64,000 nucleotides of DNA from Oligoflexia bacterium (GTDB lineage Bacteria > Bdellovibrionota_G > JANQFH01). The stretch covers positions 272,400 through 336,399 of the forward strand of contig JANQFH010000068.1 of NCBI GenBank assembly GCA_028277945.1, in the 5' to 3' direction. Under the pieces are notes generated by a model that saw only the letters and a list, made by a program, of their open reading frames with translations, searched no databases and was not told the DNA's origin. Position numbers and translations under genes: made by a program. Shown here one piece after another: positions 10,183 through 20,997 of the stretch (position 1 is its first letter; every line of letters begins with the position of its first letter).

Positions 10183-10571
10183 GTGTGTGTCTCTTCCGTC
10201 TGTTGGACTTGCTTTACCATGGCGTCATTGCCCGCTTTCGTAAACGCCTGAGCGGCAAATTGTAGCTTGCCAGTGGCCAATGCTCTCTGTCCCAAGCGAT
10301 CGTAGAGCTCTGGAGTGGGTTGCCGGCCTAGCTGCCTATACACCTTATCAAACAGAAAGAGATCGCCCTCTTCAAGAGCCTGCTCAGCAATGGCCTCTAG
10401 GGCTTTGCTATCTTCCACGCGATGAAAGAATTCAGCGGCATCGTTTAGGGCCCCGGCTGCAAGTAGGTTTTTGGCGGTTTTGCGCACAAGCTCGGGTTGG
10501 ACTTTGTCACCATAGAGCAGCCGCTGCTTTTCACGGTAGTCTGGCAATTTTATGGATTTTTTGCCCGTCAC
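10179..10571 (-). CDS. Hypothetical helical/TPR-like protein
   Basis: 130 aa helical ORF, ATGA overlap with grpE. Confidence 0.65.
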   Translation of the reverse strand: MTGKKSIKLPDYREKQRLLYGDKVQPELVRKTAKNLLAAGALNDAAEFFHRVEDSKALEAIAEQALEEGDLFLFDKVYRQLGRQPTPELYDRLGQRALATGKLQFAAQAFTKAGNDAMVKQVQQTEETHT

Positions 10572-10684
10572 GTCTCTTCTTGTTGCTAGCCTAACCTGCT
10601 ATTAGCGCTGGAAAAGTAATCACCACACCTTGCTCTGTCAAGCCTTGGCGTTACTGCGTCATCAGGTTATGCTGAGGACCAGGG

Positions 10685-11515
10685 ATGACGGTGGTCGCGG
10701 ATCTGCATATGCATAGTACCTACTCCGATGGTGTGCTCAAGCCGGAGGAGCTCTGCCGTCAGGCAGCGCTCAAGGGTTTGACGCATATCTCGATTACCGA
10801 TCACGACAACGTCGAGTTCTATATAAAGGATAGGTTCACCTCTTTGACGCAGCAGTTTGCCATAGGCATCATTCCCGGTGTGGAGTTGAGCTGTCTGCAC
10901 AAGGACCGTCCCATGCATCTACTCGGCTATGGTTTTTCTCTTCAGGACAAATCGCTGGCGACAGTCTTGGGGCAGCAACAGCAGCACCGCCTGGAACGCG
11001 TTCGCCTCATTCTCGACAAACTCAACAGCTTGGGCGTGCCGCTTACACTCGAAGAGCTGGAAGACGCAGATGGCGCCACGACCTATGGAAGGCCTCATGT
11101 AGCCCGTGCGATGATGCGTGGGGGTTATGTGGGCTCCGTTGATGAGGCGTTTGCGCGTTATCTGGGCAGAGGCAAGCCAGCATACGTGCCAGCCGCGCAG
11201 CTCAAACTCATCGACGCTATTGAATTGGTTCGTAATGCCGGAGGGGTTGCCGCGCTCGCTCACCCTGGTCTCTACTACGGTGATGTGGAACAGGCCGCGG
11301 AGTTACTGGATCTGGGGCTGCAGGCCATAGAGGTCTCTCACCCTGCTCACAGTAGGACAGTGACACGACAGTGGCGGCAGTTTTGTCAGCAGCACGGTCT
11401 GGTGATGGCCGGCGGCTCTGATTTTCATGGCGATGACAAACCACCCCGTTCGATTGGTCAGCACGGGCTCAATGGCGTTGAACTGGAGAGCCTTAAGGCT
11501 CTTTTCAATGGCTAG
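10685..11515 (+). CDS. PHP-domain metal-dependent phosphoesterase (TrpH/YciV-like)
   Basis: [38 protein letters not shown]. Confidence 0.93.
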   Translation: MTVVADLHMHSTYSDGVLKPEELCRQAALKGLTHISITDHDNVEFYIKDRFTSLTQQFAIGIIPGVELSCLHKDRPMHLLGYGFSLQDKSLATVLGQQQQHRLERVRLILDKLNSLGVPLTLEELEDADGATTYGRPHVARAMMRGGYVGSVDEAFARYLGRGKPAYVPAAQLKLIDAIELVRNAGGVAALAHPGLYYGDVEQAAELLDLGLQAIEVSHPAHSRTVTRQWRQFCQQHGLVMAGGSDFHGDDKPPRSIGQHGLNGVELESLKALFNG

Positions 11516-11568
11516 ACTGGGTCCAGTCTGAGGTTGAGTTCCCTAACAAAAGCGGCTATCCATGCGGC

Positions 11569-12645
11569 ATGGGTAAGGAGATCACCTATAAGGAATCCGA
11601 TCTGGTGAAGCTAACCGCGTACGCCAGATCTGGCGGTTGAGCGGCTAAGTTAGGTCCGGAGGATCTACGTGAGATTATTCGCGGCGTCGATTTCCCAACG
11701 GTGCCGCAGCTCTTAGTAGGCGCCCAAAGTGGCGATGATGCAGCAGTGTATCGAATCGACGACCATCAGGCGTTGATCCTTACTGCCGACTTCATCACTC
11801 CGGTCTGTGACGACGCCTTCCTCTATGGACAGGTGGCGGCGAGCAATGCCATGAGTGATGTCTATGCTATGGGCGGCAAGGTTCTGCTTGGTATTAACAT
11901 CTGCGCCTTTCCCGCGAAGAAGTTGCCACGGACAACCTATCAGCAGATTCTTCAGGGGGCTGCGGACAAGATGCAGGAGGTCGGCGCCGTTGTAGCGGGC
12001 GGTCATACGGTTAAGGATGACGAGTTGAAGTACGGTCTTGCTGTGGTAGGCAGGGTCGATCCGCAGAAGCTTGTCACCAACGCGGCTGCCAGAGTTGGCG
12101 ACAGGCTTCTGCTTACAAAGCCGGTTGGTGCGGGTGCTGTTCTCGCACACGCAAACAAGCGCAAAAATGGCGAGAGACGGTTTGAAGCTGTATTCGAGAG
12201 TATGTGCCTTCTCAATGAGGCAGCAGTGACGATCATGCATGACGAGACCGTGCACGCATGTACGGATGTGACCGGTTTTGGCGTTGCCCTGCACGCGGCG
12301 CAGATGGCAGAGGCTTCGGGTGTCGGGCTGGAGATCTATGCTAGCAAGGTGCCACAATTCAATGGGGCGCTCGAGCTTATCGATGAGTTTGGTCTGCCAG
12401 CGGCTGGTACTAGTAACCGTAAAGCCATGAAGAGCAGGATTCAGGTGGATGAGCAGGTCTCCGAAGCACAGCAGGCGCTGTGTTTCGATCCACAGACTTC
12501 GGGCGGCCTACTTATGAGCGTAGCAGCCGAGGCTGCGGACAAAATCACGGCGCAGTTACGTCAAGCTGGCTATCTGCATGTAGCACAGATTGGCAAGGTC
12601 GTTGCCAAAAACGAGCAGATTTCGCTTTTGCAGCTGAAACCTTAG
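11569..12645 (+). CDS. selD: Selenophosphate synthetase, selenoprotein (Sec at TGA 11638-11640)
   Basis: ATG 11569 is in frame with ORF 11701; reads LTAYARSGG-U-AAKLGPEDL; DDAAVY, DFITP, GGHT, TDVTGFG, DPQTSGGLL. Confidence 0.95.
11641..11670 (+). promoter_or_regulatory. Candidate bacterial SECIS hairpin
   Basis: TAGGTCC(11651-57)-GGA-GGATCTA(11661-67): 7-bp stem with G-containing loop just 3' of the UGA. Confidence 0.65.
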
Positions 12646-12656
12646 GAAATTCTTTG

Positions 12657-13970
12657 GTGCATGTTGATCTAAACAAAACAAAGTATGGCCTGCTCTTGGA
12701 GTATAATCGTGATGCAGCCTATGGACGTTTCTTGCAATTGGCTGCCAGCGTTCAAGCAAAGTGCCGTGCAAACTATATGGCAGTTGCCGACAAGGACTTT
12801 CCCTTTATGCAACGGATGCGCGCGCTCTTATCAACCCGTGGTTTGGATGGTAGTGAGTTTGACCGTGTTGTGCTTGTTGGCGGCAGTCACGGCAAGGGCA
12901 CACTGACCGCTAGGTTGCAAAGTCTGTTGAGCCGTCCATATAGGGTGGGTGCTTTTCTTTCGCCAGCGGTATTGAGTTGGTGCGAAACCATTCTCACCAA
13001 CGTGGCAACACCGATTACTCCAGCGGCCTTAACCAGACACTATGAGTCGTTGCTGACAAGGGTTGAAGTCGCACCTTGGCTTGAGGAGTTTGGTTATCCC
13101 TCGCACTTTGAGATGATGGTGGTGGTGGCCCTTGCCGCCTGTCTTGAAGCTCGATGTGATGTGATGTTGCTTGAGGTTGGCTGTGGTGGCCTCAATGATG
13201 CAACCAATGCCGTTAGACATGAGGGTGCTGTGATCACCGATGTCGGTCTTGAACATCAGCAGCTTCTTGGTTCCAGCCGTCTAGAAATTGCGCGGCAGAA
13301 GGCAGGCATCATCCCCAAGGAGGGTTGGCTGTTTACCGCTGCCAACGATCCAGAAGTGGTAGAGGTATTGAGAGAGACAGCCGATGCCAAGCAGAGTCAA
13401 TTTCGTGCTCTACCCACATCGTTGCCGACGCAGGATAACGGGTGCCAGCGTAACCAACAGCTCGCCAAACAGGTAGCAGAGTATTTACGGGGAAAAGAAT
13501 GCAATGCAGGACAACTTGAGGGCGACTCGCTACTCCCAGCTCGCTACGATCTGCTCATGGTAGGCACAGACAGCCGTCCACGGCTTATCGTTGACGGTGC
13601 TCATAGCCCTGATAAGTGTCGCGTGCTTGCCGCCCAACTCAGACGCGATGGCGTGGAAGCGTGCACTCTTTTATTGGCAGCAGGCGAGGACAAGGATGTT
13701 GCAGGGATGTTACACCATCTTGATCCTCTCACTCGTGAGTATGGCATTACCTCGGTGGGTGGGGCGATTACAGGCGAGACCATGAACGCAGAGAAGCTGG
13801 CTGCAAAGGTTAGGGATGCGGTAGACAAGCCCATCAAGATCGTCGCTGATGTGGCCAGTTGTCTAGATGAGTTTATTGCCACTGCTGAGCCCAAGCAAGC
13901 GCTGTTAGTCACGGGTAGTTTTATTATTGCTGCTGAGGCGCTGCGTTTCTGGTGTGCATTAGAGAGTTAG
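12657..13970 (+). CDS. folC: Divergent folylpolyglutamate/dihydrofolate synthase
   Basis: GGSHGKGT, FLSP, EVGCGGLNDATN, IARQKAGII, DGAHS, LVTGSF; upstream of folP-folK; start uncertain. Confidence 0.8.
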   Translation: MHVDLNKTKYGLLLEYNRDAAYGRFLQLAASVQAKCRANYMAVADKDFPFMQRMRALLSTRGLDGSEFDRVVLVGGSHGKGTLTARLQSLLSRPYRVGAFLSPAVLSWCETILTNVATPITPAALTRHYESLLTRVEVAPWLEEFGYPSHFEMMVVVALAACLEARCDVMLLEVGCGGLNDATNAVRHEGAVITDVGLEHQQLLGSSRLEIARQKAGIIPKEGWLFTAANDPEVVEVLRETADAKQSQFRALPTSLPTQDNGCQRNQQLAKQVAEYLRGKECNAGQLEGDSLLPARYDLLMVGTDSRPRLIVDGAHSPDKCRVLAAQLRRDGVEACTLLLAAGEDKDVAGMLHHLDPLTREYGITSVGGAITGETMNAEKLAAKVRDAVDKPIKIVADVASCLDEFIATAEPKQALLVTGSFIIAAEALRFWCALES

Positions 13971-13971
13971 T

Positions 13972-14796
13972 ATGAAAAACCACCCACGCAAACCTAATCC
14001 ATCTGTGCAGATTATGGGGGTGCTGAACTGTACGCCCGATTCCTTCTACGATGGCGGTAGACACAACGAACGGCAGGCTGCCCTCTGTTACGCAGATGAG
14101 ATGGTAGCACAGGGTGTCGACATCATTGATATTGGTGGTGAGAGTTCTAGGCCAGGAGCGCAGCCGGTCACGGTTGCGGAAGAAACAGCGCGGGTCGTCC
14201 CTGTGGTCGATGAACTGCACCGACTAAATCCGCAACTGCCCATCTCTGTGGACACCTGCAAACCCGAGGTTGCTGCCGCGGCACTGCAGGCGGGGGCGGT
14301 CATGATCAACGACATTACCGGTTTTGCCCATCCAGAGATGATCCAACTACTGATCGATACGGGTTGTCAAGGTGTGATGATGCACATGTTAGGCACGCCA
14401 AGAACCATGCAGCAAAATCCTCAGTATAGAGAAGTGGTGCGCGACATCTACAGCTTTTTTGAAAAGCGTTTAACCACACTTGCTAACGCCGGCGTTGATC
14501 TGCAAAAGATCATTGTGGATCCTGGTATTGGTTTTGGTAAGAGCGTGCAACACAATCTCATCCTGCTACGCCGGCTACGTGAGTTTAAACGCCTTGGTCA
14601 GCGTCTGCTCGTTGGCGCCTCACGCAAATCCTTTATTGGTAAGATCTTGGATCTCCCTGAGGACGAACGTTTAGAGGGATCCTTAGCGGTGGCGATGGTC
14701 GGGTACCTCAACGGCGCGGATGTTCTCCGGGTGCACGATGTTGCAGCCACCAGACGGGCGCTCACGGTTGCGCAAGCCATTGTCGAGTCAATATGA
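13972..14796 (+). CDS. folP: Dihydropteroate synthase
   Basis: MGVLNCTPDSFYDGG, DIGGESSRPG, DPGIGFGK, SRKSF, RVHDV. Confidence 0.97.
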   Translation: MKNHPRKPNPSVQIMGVLNCTPDSFYDGGRHNERQAALCYADEMVAQGVDIIDIGGESSRPGAQPVTVAEETARVVPVVDELHRLNPQLPISVDTCKPEVAAAALQAGAVMINDITGFAHPEMIQLLIDTGCQGVMMHMLGTPRTMQQNPQYREVVRDIYSFFEKRLTTLANAGVDLQKIIVDPGIGFGKSVQHNLILLRRLREFKRLGQRLLVGASRKSFIGKILDLPEDERLEGSLAVAMVGYLNGADVLRVHDVAATRRALTVAQAIVESI

Positions 14797-15302
14797 ATCA
14801 GCAACAACCGGAGCAAGAGGTCTACATTGCCCTGGGTGCTAATCTCGGTGATCCACTCAGGCAACTTTCTGAGGCCACGGTACAGCTGGTCGATCATGTG
14901 ACGCTGCTACAACGCTCGCCGGTATATCGAAGCCGTGCGTTTGCGTGTGACCCCCAACCTCCATTCTACAACATGGCGATTCAGGGACGGACTACGCTAT
15001 CTGCGACGGAACTCTTGCACTGTATGTTGAAGGTTGAGGAGCGTATGGGTCGCAAGCGGGATGGTCACAACCAACCACGGCTGATCGATCTTGATCTCAT
15101 CTTTTATGGAACACAGATCTCTGATCGACCCGAGCTAACCCTGCCGCATCCCCGTGCGCACCAGCGTGACTTTGTTCTCAAACCTCTGCTCGATTTGCGC
15201 TGTTCTATTATCCATCCGCGTTTCAACAAAAGCGTTGCCCAGCTCTACAGCGAGTTAAGTGAAACAACGATTGTCGAACGTTTGCCGTCTTATGATGGCT
15301 AG
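14793..15302 (+). CDS. folK: 6-hydroxymethyl-7,8-dihydropterin pyrophosphokinase
   Basis: [31 protein letters not shown]. Confidence 0.96.
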   Translation: MNQQQPEQEVYIALGANLGDPLRQLSEATVQLVDHVTLLQRSPVYRSRAFACDPQPPFYNMAIQGRTTLSATELLHCMLKVEERMGRKRDGHNQPRLIDLDLIFYGTQISDRPELTLPHPRAHQRDFVLKPLLDLRCSIIHPRFNKSVAQLYSELSETTIVERLPSYDG

Positions 15303-16327
15303 TAGCGCAGGAAGACTGAGCGGATGGAACGCAGGACGTTTTTAAATCCGCGGGTTGATTCAATCACTGCGGTAGGTTCATAACCACAGTGAACCATACA
15401 GTCAGCGCACTTTTTATGGTTGCCGGTACCGTAGTTTTCCCACGTTGTGGTCTCCATCAACTCCTTAAAGGTTTTGGCGTAGCCTTCGGAGAAGAGGTAG
15501 CAAGGCCGCTGCCAGCCAAAAGGTCCGTAGTTGGGGTTGCCCCACGGCGTGCACTGAAAGTCCATCTTGCCCTGAAGGAAGTCGAGATAGAGAGGTGAGT
15601 GGTTAAAGTCCCACGCTTTCTTTTGATGCCGTCCATTGCCATTTGGCTTTAAGATTTTTCGAAACAGCTCTTTGGTCTTTTCTCGCTTTAAGAAGTGTTC
15701 TTGATCGGGTGCCTTCTCATAGGCGTAGCCAGGTGAGATGGTGAGGCCATCAACACCGATTTCCATGAGTTGATCAAAGAGCTCATGCAGTTCATCCACA
15801 GATTCGCCGTCAAAGACCGTGGTGTTGGTGTTGACACGAAAGCCTCTTGCCTTGGCAGCTTTGATCGCACGAATCGCTTTTTTGAAGATGCCCTTACGGT
15901 CTACCAGACGATCGTGCGTCTCTTCCAAGCCATCGAGATGGACGTTGAAGGTGAGGTAAACTGAAGGCGTAAACTTGGGAAGCATCCGCTGCAACAAGAT
16001 GGCGTTGGTGCATAGGTAGACAAACTTTTTTCGTTGCACCAGTCCGGCGACAAGGGTGTCGATCTGCGGATGGATCAGTGGCTCACCACCGGCAATCGAA
16101 ACCATGGGTGCGCCACACTCCTCGGCTGCTTGCCACGCCTGTTCTGGAGGCATGTAGCGGTTCAAGATCTCCTCGGGGTGCTGGATTTTGCCACAGCCAA
16201 CACAGGCGAGGTTGCAGCGATAGAGTGGTTCCAGCATAAGCACCAGGGGATAGCGTGCGTTACCCTTGAACTTCTGTTGCATAATGTAGCTGCCAACTTT
16301 GACGGCTTGTCTCAGAGGTACACCCAT
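15299..16327 (-). CDS. hpnH: Adenosyl-hopene transferase HpnH (radical SAM)
   Basis: [52 protein letters not shown]. Confidence 0.95.
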   Translation of the reverse strand: MGVPLRQAVKVGSYIMQQKFKGNARYPLVLMLEPLYRCNLACVGCGKIQHPEEILNRYMPPEQAWQAAEECGAPMVSIAGGEPLIHPQIDTLVAGLVQRKKFVYLCTNAILLQRMLPKFTPSVYLTFNVHLDGLEETHDRLVDRKGIFKKAIRAIKAAKARGFRVNTNTTVFDGESVDELHELFDQLMEIGVDGLTISPGYAYEKAPDQEHFLKREKTKELFRKILKPNGNGRHQKKAWDFNHSPLYLDFLQGKMDFQCTPWGNPNYGPFGWQRPCYLFSEGYAKTFKELMETTTWENYGTGNHKKCADCMVHCGYEPTAVIESTRGFKNVLRSIRSVFLRY

Positions 16328-16398
16328 AGTCCTGCTCTCTATCACATCCACCCCCCACCCAGCAAGCTAACTACCTGCGTTGCCTTGGTTTTTGTGAG

Positions 16399-16469
16399 AT
16401 CCCCGAGAAGGTACGGCCTTACTTTCAGGGAATCCATTCCCTGAAAGTAAGGCCGTACCTATCGGGGAT
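16399..16469. repeat. Long perfect inverted repeat (REP-like doublet)
   Basis: aggtacggccttactttcagggaa (16409-32) / ttccctgaaagtaaggccgtacct (16437-60); outer arms atccccga / tcggggat. Confidence 0.85.
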
Positions 16470-16747
16470 TTAGGGTGGAAAAAAGTTTCAGCGTGCGGCC
16501 TTGTCGCCACAAAAACGTAACTAACTGGAAATATTTAATAAAATATATGTCGATGGCTGTGGGCGCAAAAGATTGCAGTTTCTCCTTGGCTGCTACTGTC
16601 ATTGCTTTGCCAGCCACTGCACCTCCGTCCCCCGAATCTAGAAAAAATTCATTTTATTTCAGTAGGTTGTGTATGGAAATGGCTAGCGGCCGAGTCTTCG
16701 CGTTTTGGCGCGGATGTTGCGTTTTTAGGCTACGGGAGAAGAGCTTT

Positions 16748-17951
16748 GATGGTGCTAGAGCGTTCAGAGTTGTCCATAGGTCGACGCTATCTGTCTGTTG
16801 GTAGCGGCGCGCTGGTGGTGCGTGCCCTGTTGCTCTTTGGCTGTGTCTTTTTCTTCGGCTGTGCCTCAGAGTCGGATGGCACCATTGATCTGCCGCTGCT
16901 CAACATCTGCAATGGCAAAGCCGATAGCGATGGCGATGGTGTCTGTGACGATGTCGAGAACCAGTTTGGTTTAGATCCCTTCAACTCAGATAGCGATCTC
17001 GATGGGTTTTTGGATGGATCGGATGTCGCTCCATTGGGAGCTAGTGGCGGTAGTTTTGGCAGTAGTAGCAACGGCTTGCTGACCTTAGCCTCATTGGTCG
17101 CTTTTTCTCTGGTTGCCGATACGCTCGATAGCATGACTCTAGACAACGTCGTCGGTCTGTTTGACATCTTCGGTGGTGATGAGGAAGAAGAGGGCGACTC
17201 AACAGAGCAGCCAGCTTCATCCACCCCGGAGATCTGCCAACAGGGTTTAGACAATACAAGTAGTGATGCGGCAATCTACAGCTGCTACAGCAAAACCAAG
17301 CTGACCGTGGATGCCAATAGTAGTTACCTAAGGTTTGTAGAGATTAACAGCAACCGCTGGTACATGATCTTCTTTGTCAATGCGAGTTTTGACGCGCTTA
17401 CCTGGAAGGTGGCGTTCATCTCGCAGGTTACCTTTGACTTTACAACAGCCGGGGGCTCTTGGACACTGCCCTCAACAGGTGCCAAAGCGTTTACTCGCTA
17501 CGGATTTGACAGCGTTAATATAGATCGCCATAAAGCCCTGAATAGTTCGCAGGTCGAAGACCTGCTGGCTAAATTAGAGACCAACGCTGAAACTGTTGAC
17601 GTCTCTGGAACGGATGGCTTTTTTATCAAATTGGGTAATAAGGTAGCACGAGAGATCGACGATCTCTCACAAGGTTTTGAATCCTTGCCCACAAAACCTG
17701 AGACCCACTTTCTCGATTTCTCTAAGCAAGATTTACCCATTGAAGCGCAGGCAGCCCTCTTTTTTGAGCAAGTAGCTGCTGGCAGTGGTGTTACCGTGGT
17801 CAATCCGTTCGGCAGCATCCTTGGTTCTATCAACCCCAATCTGTTGATCATTGTCAGCAGCGGTTTCCAAAGCAACTGGAACAAGTCTACTCCGACCTCT
17901 ACAGGTGGCACCCTCCTAGCCCCATGGGTTGGCATGTGGCAGCGACAGTAG
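16748..17951 (+). CDS. Hypothetical lipoprotein with TSP3-like Ca-binding repeat
   Basis: Lipobox-like FFFGC; DSDGDGVCDDVE...DSDLDGFLDG; start uncertain (ORF open from 16602). Confidence 0.65.
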
Positions 17952-18040
17952 CTATCTAGAGACCCTCCCTGTTGTTCGCTTGATCTCGCAGATGGCTTGG
18001 GCTAGAGTCTGGGCGCCCAATTAGCACGAGGAGATCAGGC

Positions 18041-19588
18041 ATGGAACCTTTCAAAAACGAACCGCTTACGGACTTTTCAGCTGCTGCAAACAAACAAGCC
18101 TTCGAACAGGCGCTCAAGCAGGTGGCTGGCGAGATAGGCGGCGAGTATCCACTGATCATCGGCGGCGAAGAGGTGCGATCTGGCGAGTTTATTGAATCCA
18201 CCAACCCCTGTCGAACCACCGAGCTGCTGGGCAGGTTTCATGCCGCCACGGTTGAGTTAGCCAACAGAGCTGTAGAACAGGCAGAGCAGACATTTTCTAG
18301 CTGGAAGCAAACATCAGCCAAAGAACGCTCTGACTATCTGTTTAAGGCAGCCGCGCTCATGCGTCAGCGTAAACATGAGTTTTCTGCCACCATGGTCTAC
18401 GAAGTCGGCAAGAACTGGATCGAGGCCGACGCCGATACCGCCGAGGCCATAGACTTTATGGAGTTCTACGCACGTGAGAACCTGCGCTATGCGCAGGCGC
18501 AACCACTCACAGAGATTGCCGGGGAAGCAAACGAGATGCACTACATCCCGCTTGGGGTTACCGTCGTTATTCCACCGTGGAACTTCCCCTTGGCCATTCT
18601 CGTTGGCATGGCCACCGCCGCACTGGTGACCGGCAATACCGTAGTACTCAAACCGTCGAGTGACTCACCCTGGATCGCCTATAAGTTTTATCGTCTGCTT
18701 GAAGAGGTTGGGTTGCCTGCAGGGGTGGTGAACTTCTTGCCGGGCCGAGGCTCGAGTGTGGGTGACACCTTGGTCAATCATGCGCGCACGCGCATGATCG
18801 CCTTTACCGGCTCCAAAGAGGTGGGTCTGCGTATCAACGAACTCGCTGCTAAAACCAACCCCGGGCAGATTTGGATCAAGCGGATCATTGCTGAGATGGG
18901 CGGTAAGGACTCTATTATTGTTGATAGCGACGCTGATCTCGAGGCTGCAGTTGCCGGCGTCTGGAGCTCTGCCTTTGGCTATCAAGGACAGAAGTGTTCT
19001 GCCTGTTCGCGTGCCATTGTTGATGCAACCGTCTACGATGAGTTTGTAGATAAGTTAAAAACAAAGACCGAGACGATTCGGGTTGGCGTGACCGACAACC
19101 CTGAAAACTTCATGGGAGCGGTGATCAATGAGAAGGCCTACAACAGCATTCTTGATTACATCAACATTGGCAAGAGTGAGGGGCGTCTAATAACCGGTGG
19201 CAGCGCTGCAGGTGAGGGGGGTTACTTTATCCAACCGACGATCCTTATTGATGTCGATCCTAAAGCGCGTATTTCTCAGGAGGAGATCTTTGGACCAGTG
19301 CTCGCGGTGATCAAGGCGCGCAACTACGACCACGCTCTTGAGATTGCCAACAACACCGAATACGGTCTCACCGGCGCGGTCTATAGCAACAGTGAGGACA
19401 AGATCACGCGCGCCATGACGGAGTTTCATGTTGGCAACCTCTATTTCAACCGTAAGTGCACCGGAGCCTTGGTAGGAGTCCACCCCTTTGGCGGCTTCAA
19501 CATGTCGGGTACTAACTCCAAGGCTGGTGGCCGCGATTACCTGCTCTTATTCATGCAGGCAAAGCTCAGCTCCAAACAGCGGCGCTGA
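18041..19588 (+). CDS. pruA: 1-pyrroline-5-carboxylate (glutamate semialdehyde) dehydrogenase
   Basis: PFKNEP, PPWNFP, FTGS, EMGGKD, GQKCSACSR, EEIFGP, KAGGRDYL. Confidence 0.95.
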   Translation: MEPFKNEPLTDFSAAANKQAFEQALKQVAGEIGGEYPLIIGGEEVRSGEFIESTNPCRTTELLGRFHAATVELANRAVEQAEQTFSSWKQTSAKERSDYLFKAAALMRQRKHEFSATMVYEVGKNWIEADADTAEAIDFMEFYARENLRYAQAQPLTEIAGEANEMHYIPLGVTVVIPPWNFPLAILVGMATAALVTGNTVVLKPSSDSPWIAYKFYRLLEEVGLPAGVVNFLPGRGSSVGDTLVNHARTRMIAFTGSKEVGLRINELAAKTNPGQIWIKRIIAEMGGKDSIIVDSDADLEAAVAGVWSSAFGYQGQKCSACSRAIVDATVYDEFVDKLKTKTETIRVGVTDNPENFMGAVINEKAYNSILDYINIGKSEGRLITGGSAAGEGGYFIQPTILIDVDPKARISQEEIFGPVLAVIKARNYDHALEIANNTEYGLTGAVYSNSEDKITRAMTEFHVGNLYFNRKCTGALVGVHPFGGFNMSGTNSKAGGRDYLLLFMQAKLSSKQRR

Positions 19589-19672
19589 CCGCACGCTAAA
19601 CCAAAGTCCCAAAAATTTCATATAGTTAAGCTCGTTGAACGAGGTGAGACAGAGGGGACGGAGGTCAAGCTG

Positions 19673-19689
19673 TGTATCAAAATGAGACA
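19673..19689. promoter_or_regulatory. Palindromic operator candidate upstream of tdh-kbl
   Basis: TGTATCA-AAA-TGAGACA, near-perfect TGT-N11-ACA dyad. Confidence 0.35.
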
Positions 19690-19797
19690 GCCCAAGTGTG
19701 GACAAAATTGCCCTCATCCTTTATGTAACGGGGGCCCAGGTGCTTAGCAAGCATTTGGAATTCAAGACGAATAGAGCAAACGTCAGAGGTTTAAGGA

Positions 19798-20997
19798 ATG
19801 TCCGCGCCCCACTTGCCAACGCAAATGAACGCCCTGGTCCTCGATACAGGGACGGAGGATTATCGCTCCGGGCGTGGCTTTGTGCGCAGACTGGTGCCCA
19901 CGCCCACCTTGAATGAGAGCAGCAGACCTGAGGACAAAGACCAGGTCATCGTCAAGATGCTCTACGGTGGCTTCTGTGGTTCGGACAAGGGGCTCTGGTT
20001 TCGCAACGCCTTTGGCGATCTTATCACCTCTGCCCTTAGCCGTGAGGGTAAGAATTGGCGTATCCCTGGACATGAGTTGCTTGGCCGTATTGTGGCTCTG
20101 GGTAGCAACGTCGAGAAGCACTATCCCTTTCGTTTAGGCGAGGTCGTCGCCGCAGAATCCCATCTCTTCTGTGGCCAATGTTACCAGTGCCGGCATGGGC
20201 AGCAGCACGTCTGTCAGAATGCCGAGATCATCGGTTTTACCTGCGATGGCTGTTTTGCCGAATACGTTAAGTTGCCTGCCAAGGTGCTGTGGCCGACCAA
20301 CGTGGATAAGATTCGTCCCGAAGTTGCCGCCCTGCAAGAGCCCTTTGGCAATGCCGTCCATGTGGCTTCATGCGTCGACCTTCGCGATAAGACCGTGTTG
20401 ATCTCTGGCTGCGGCAGTATTGGCCTCTTCTGTTTTCTCATTGCAAGGCAGCTTGGCGCAAAAAAGATCATTGGTGTTGACCCCATTGCCAAACAGTTAG
20501 AGCTCGCCACCAAGCTTGGTGCGGATGAGACGATTCTGTTAGACATCAAGCCACAAAAGGGTCTTTTCGCCGCCATGCCCGATGTTGTCGCTCAAGTCCA
20601 TGAGATGACCGACGGCCTTGGCGTTGATGTGGCTATGGAGATGGCGGGGTTTAATACTTCGCTGAACAATACTATTCAAGCGACCCGGCGTGGCGGTGAT
20701 ATCATTCTCTTTGGCATCAAGTCAGGCGATTTTGTGCTGCAGGACTACGCGGAACTTGTTCTGAGCGGTAAGCGCCTGCACTGCGTGATTGGTCGCCGCA
20801 TCTTTGATACTTGGAAGCAGGCACGCATGCTACTAGAGGCGAAAGACCGTAAGCTCCAGGGAAAAATCTATGAAGTCATCATGAATGGCGGCAAGGAGAC
20901 GATTCTCTCACTTGCTGACTTTACTGCGGCAGGTTTAGAAAAGGCCATGGATGAGCACATCAAAGTACTCATCCGTTTTGGAGAAGATCGTGTTTGA
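19798..20997 (+). CDS. tdh: Zn-dependent L-threonine 3-dehydrogenase-like protein
   Basis: CGSD, GHE, structural Zn CGQCYQC...[16 protein letters not shown]; overlaps kbl. Confidence 0.8.
   Translation: MSAPHLPTQMNALVLDTGTEDYRSGRGFVRRLVPTPTLNESSRPEDKDQVIVKMLYGGFCGSDKGLWFRNAFGDLITSALSREGKNWRIPGHELLGRIVALGSNVEKHYPFRLGEVVAAESHLFCGQCYQCRHGQQHVCQNAEIIGFTCDGCFAEYVKLPAKVLWPTNVDKIRPEVAALQEPFGNAVHVASCVDLRDKTVLISGCGSIGLFCFLIARQLGAKKIIGVDPIAKQLELATKLGADETILLDIKPQKGLFAAMPDVVAQVHEMTDGLGVDVAMEMAGFNTSLNNTIQATRRGGDIILFGIKSGDFVLQDYAELVLSGKRLHCVIGRRIFDTWKQARMLLEAKDRKLQGKIYEVIMNGGKETILSLADFTAAGLEKAMDEHIKVLIRFGEDRV

Noticed and set aside
11569..12645. selD as a nonsense pseudogene
   Set aside because: The TGA is at the catalytic Cys/Sec position, is followed by a hairpin, and tRNA-Sec is present.
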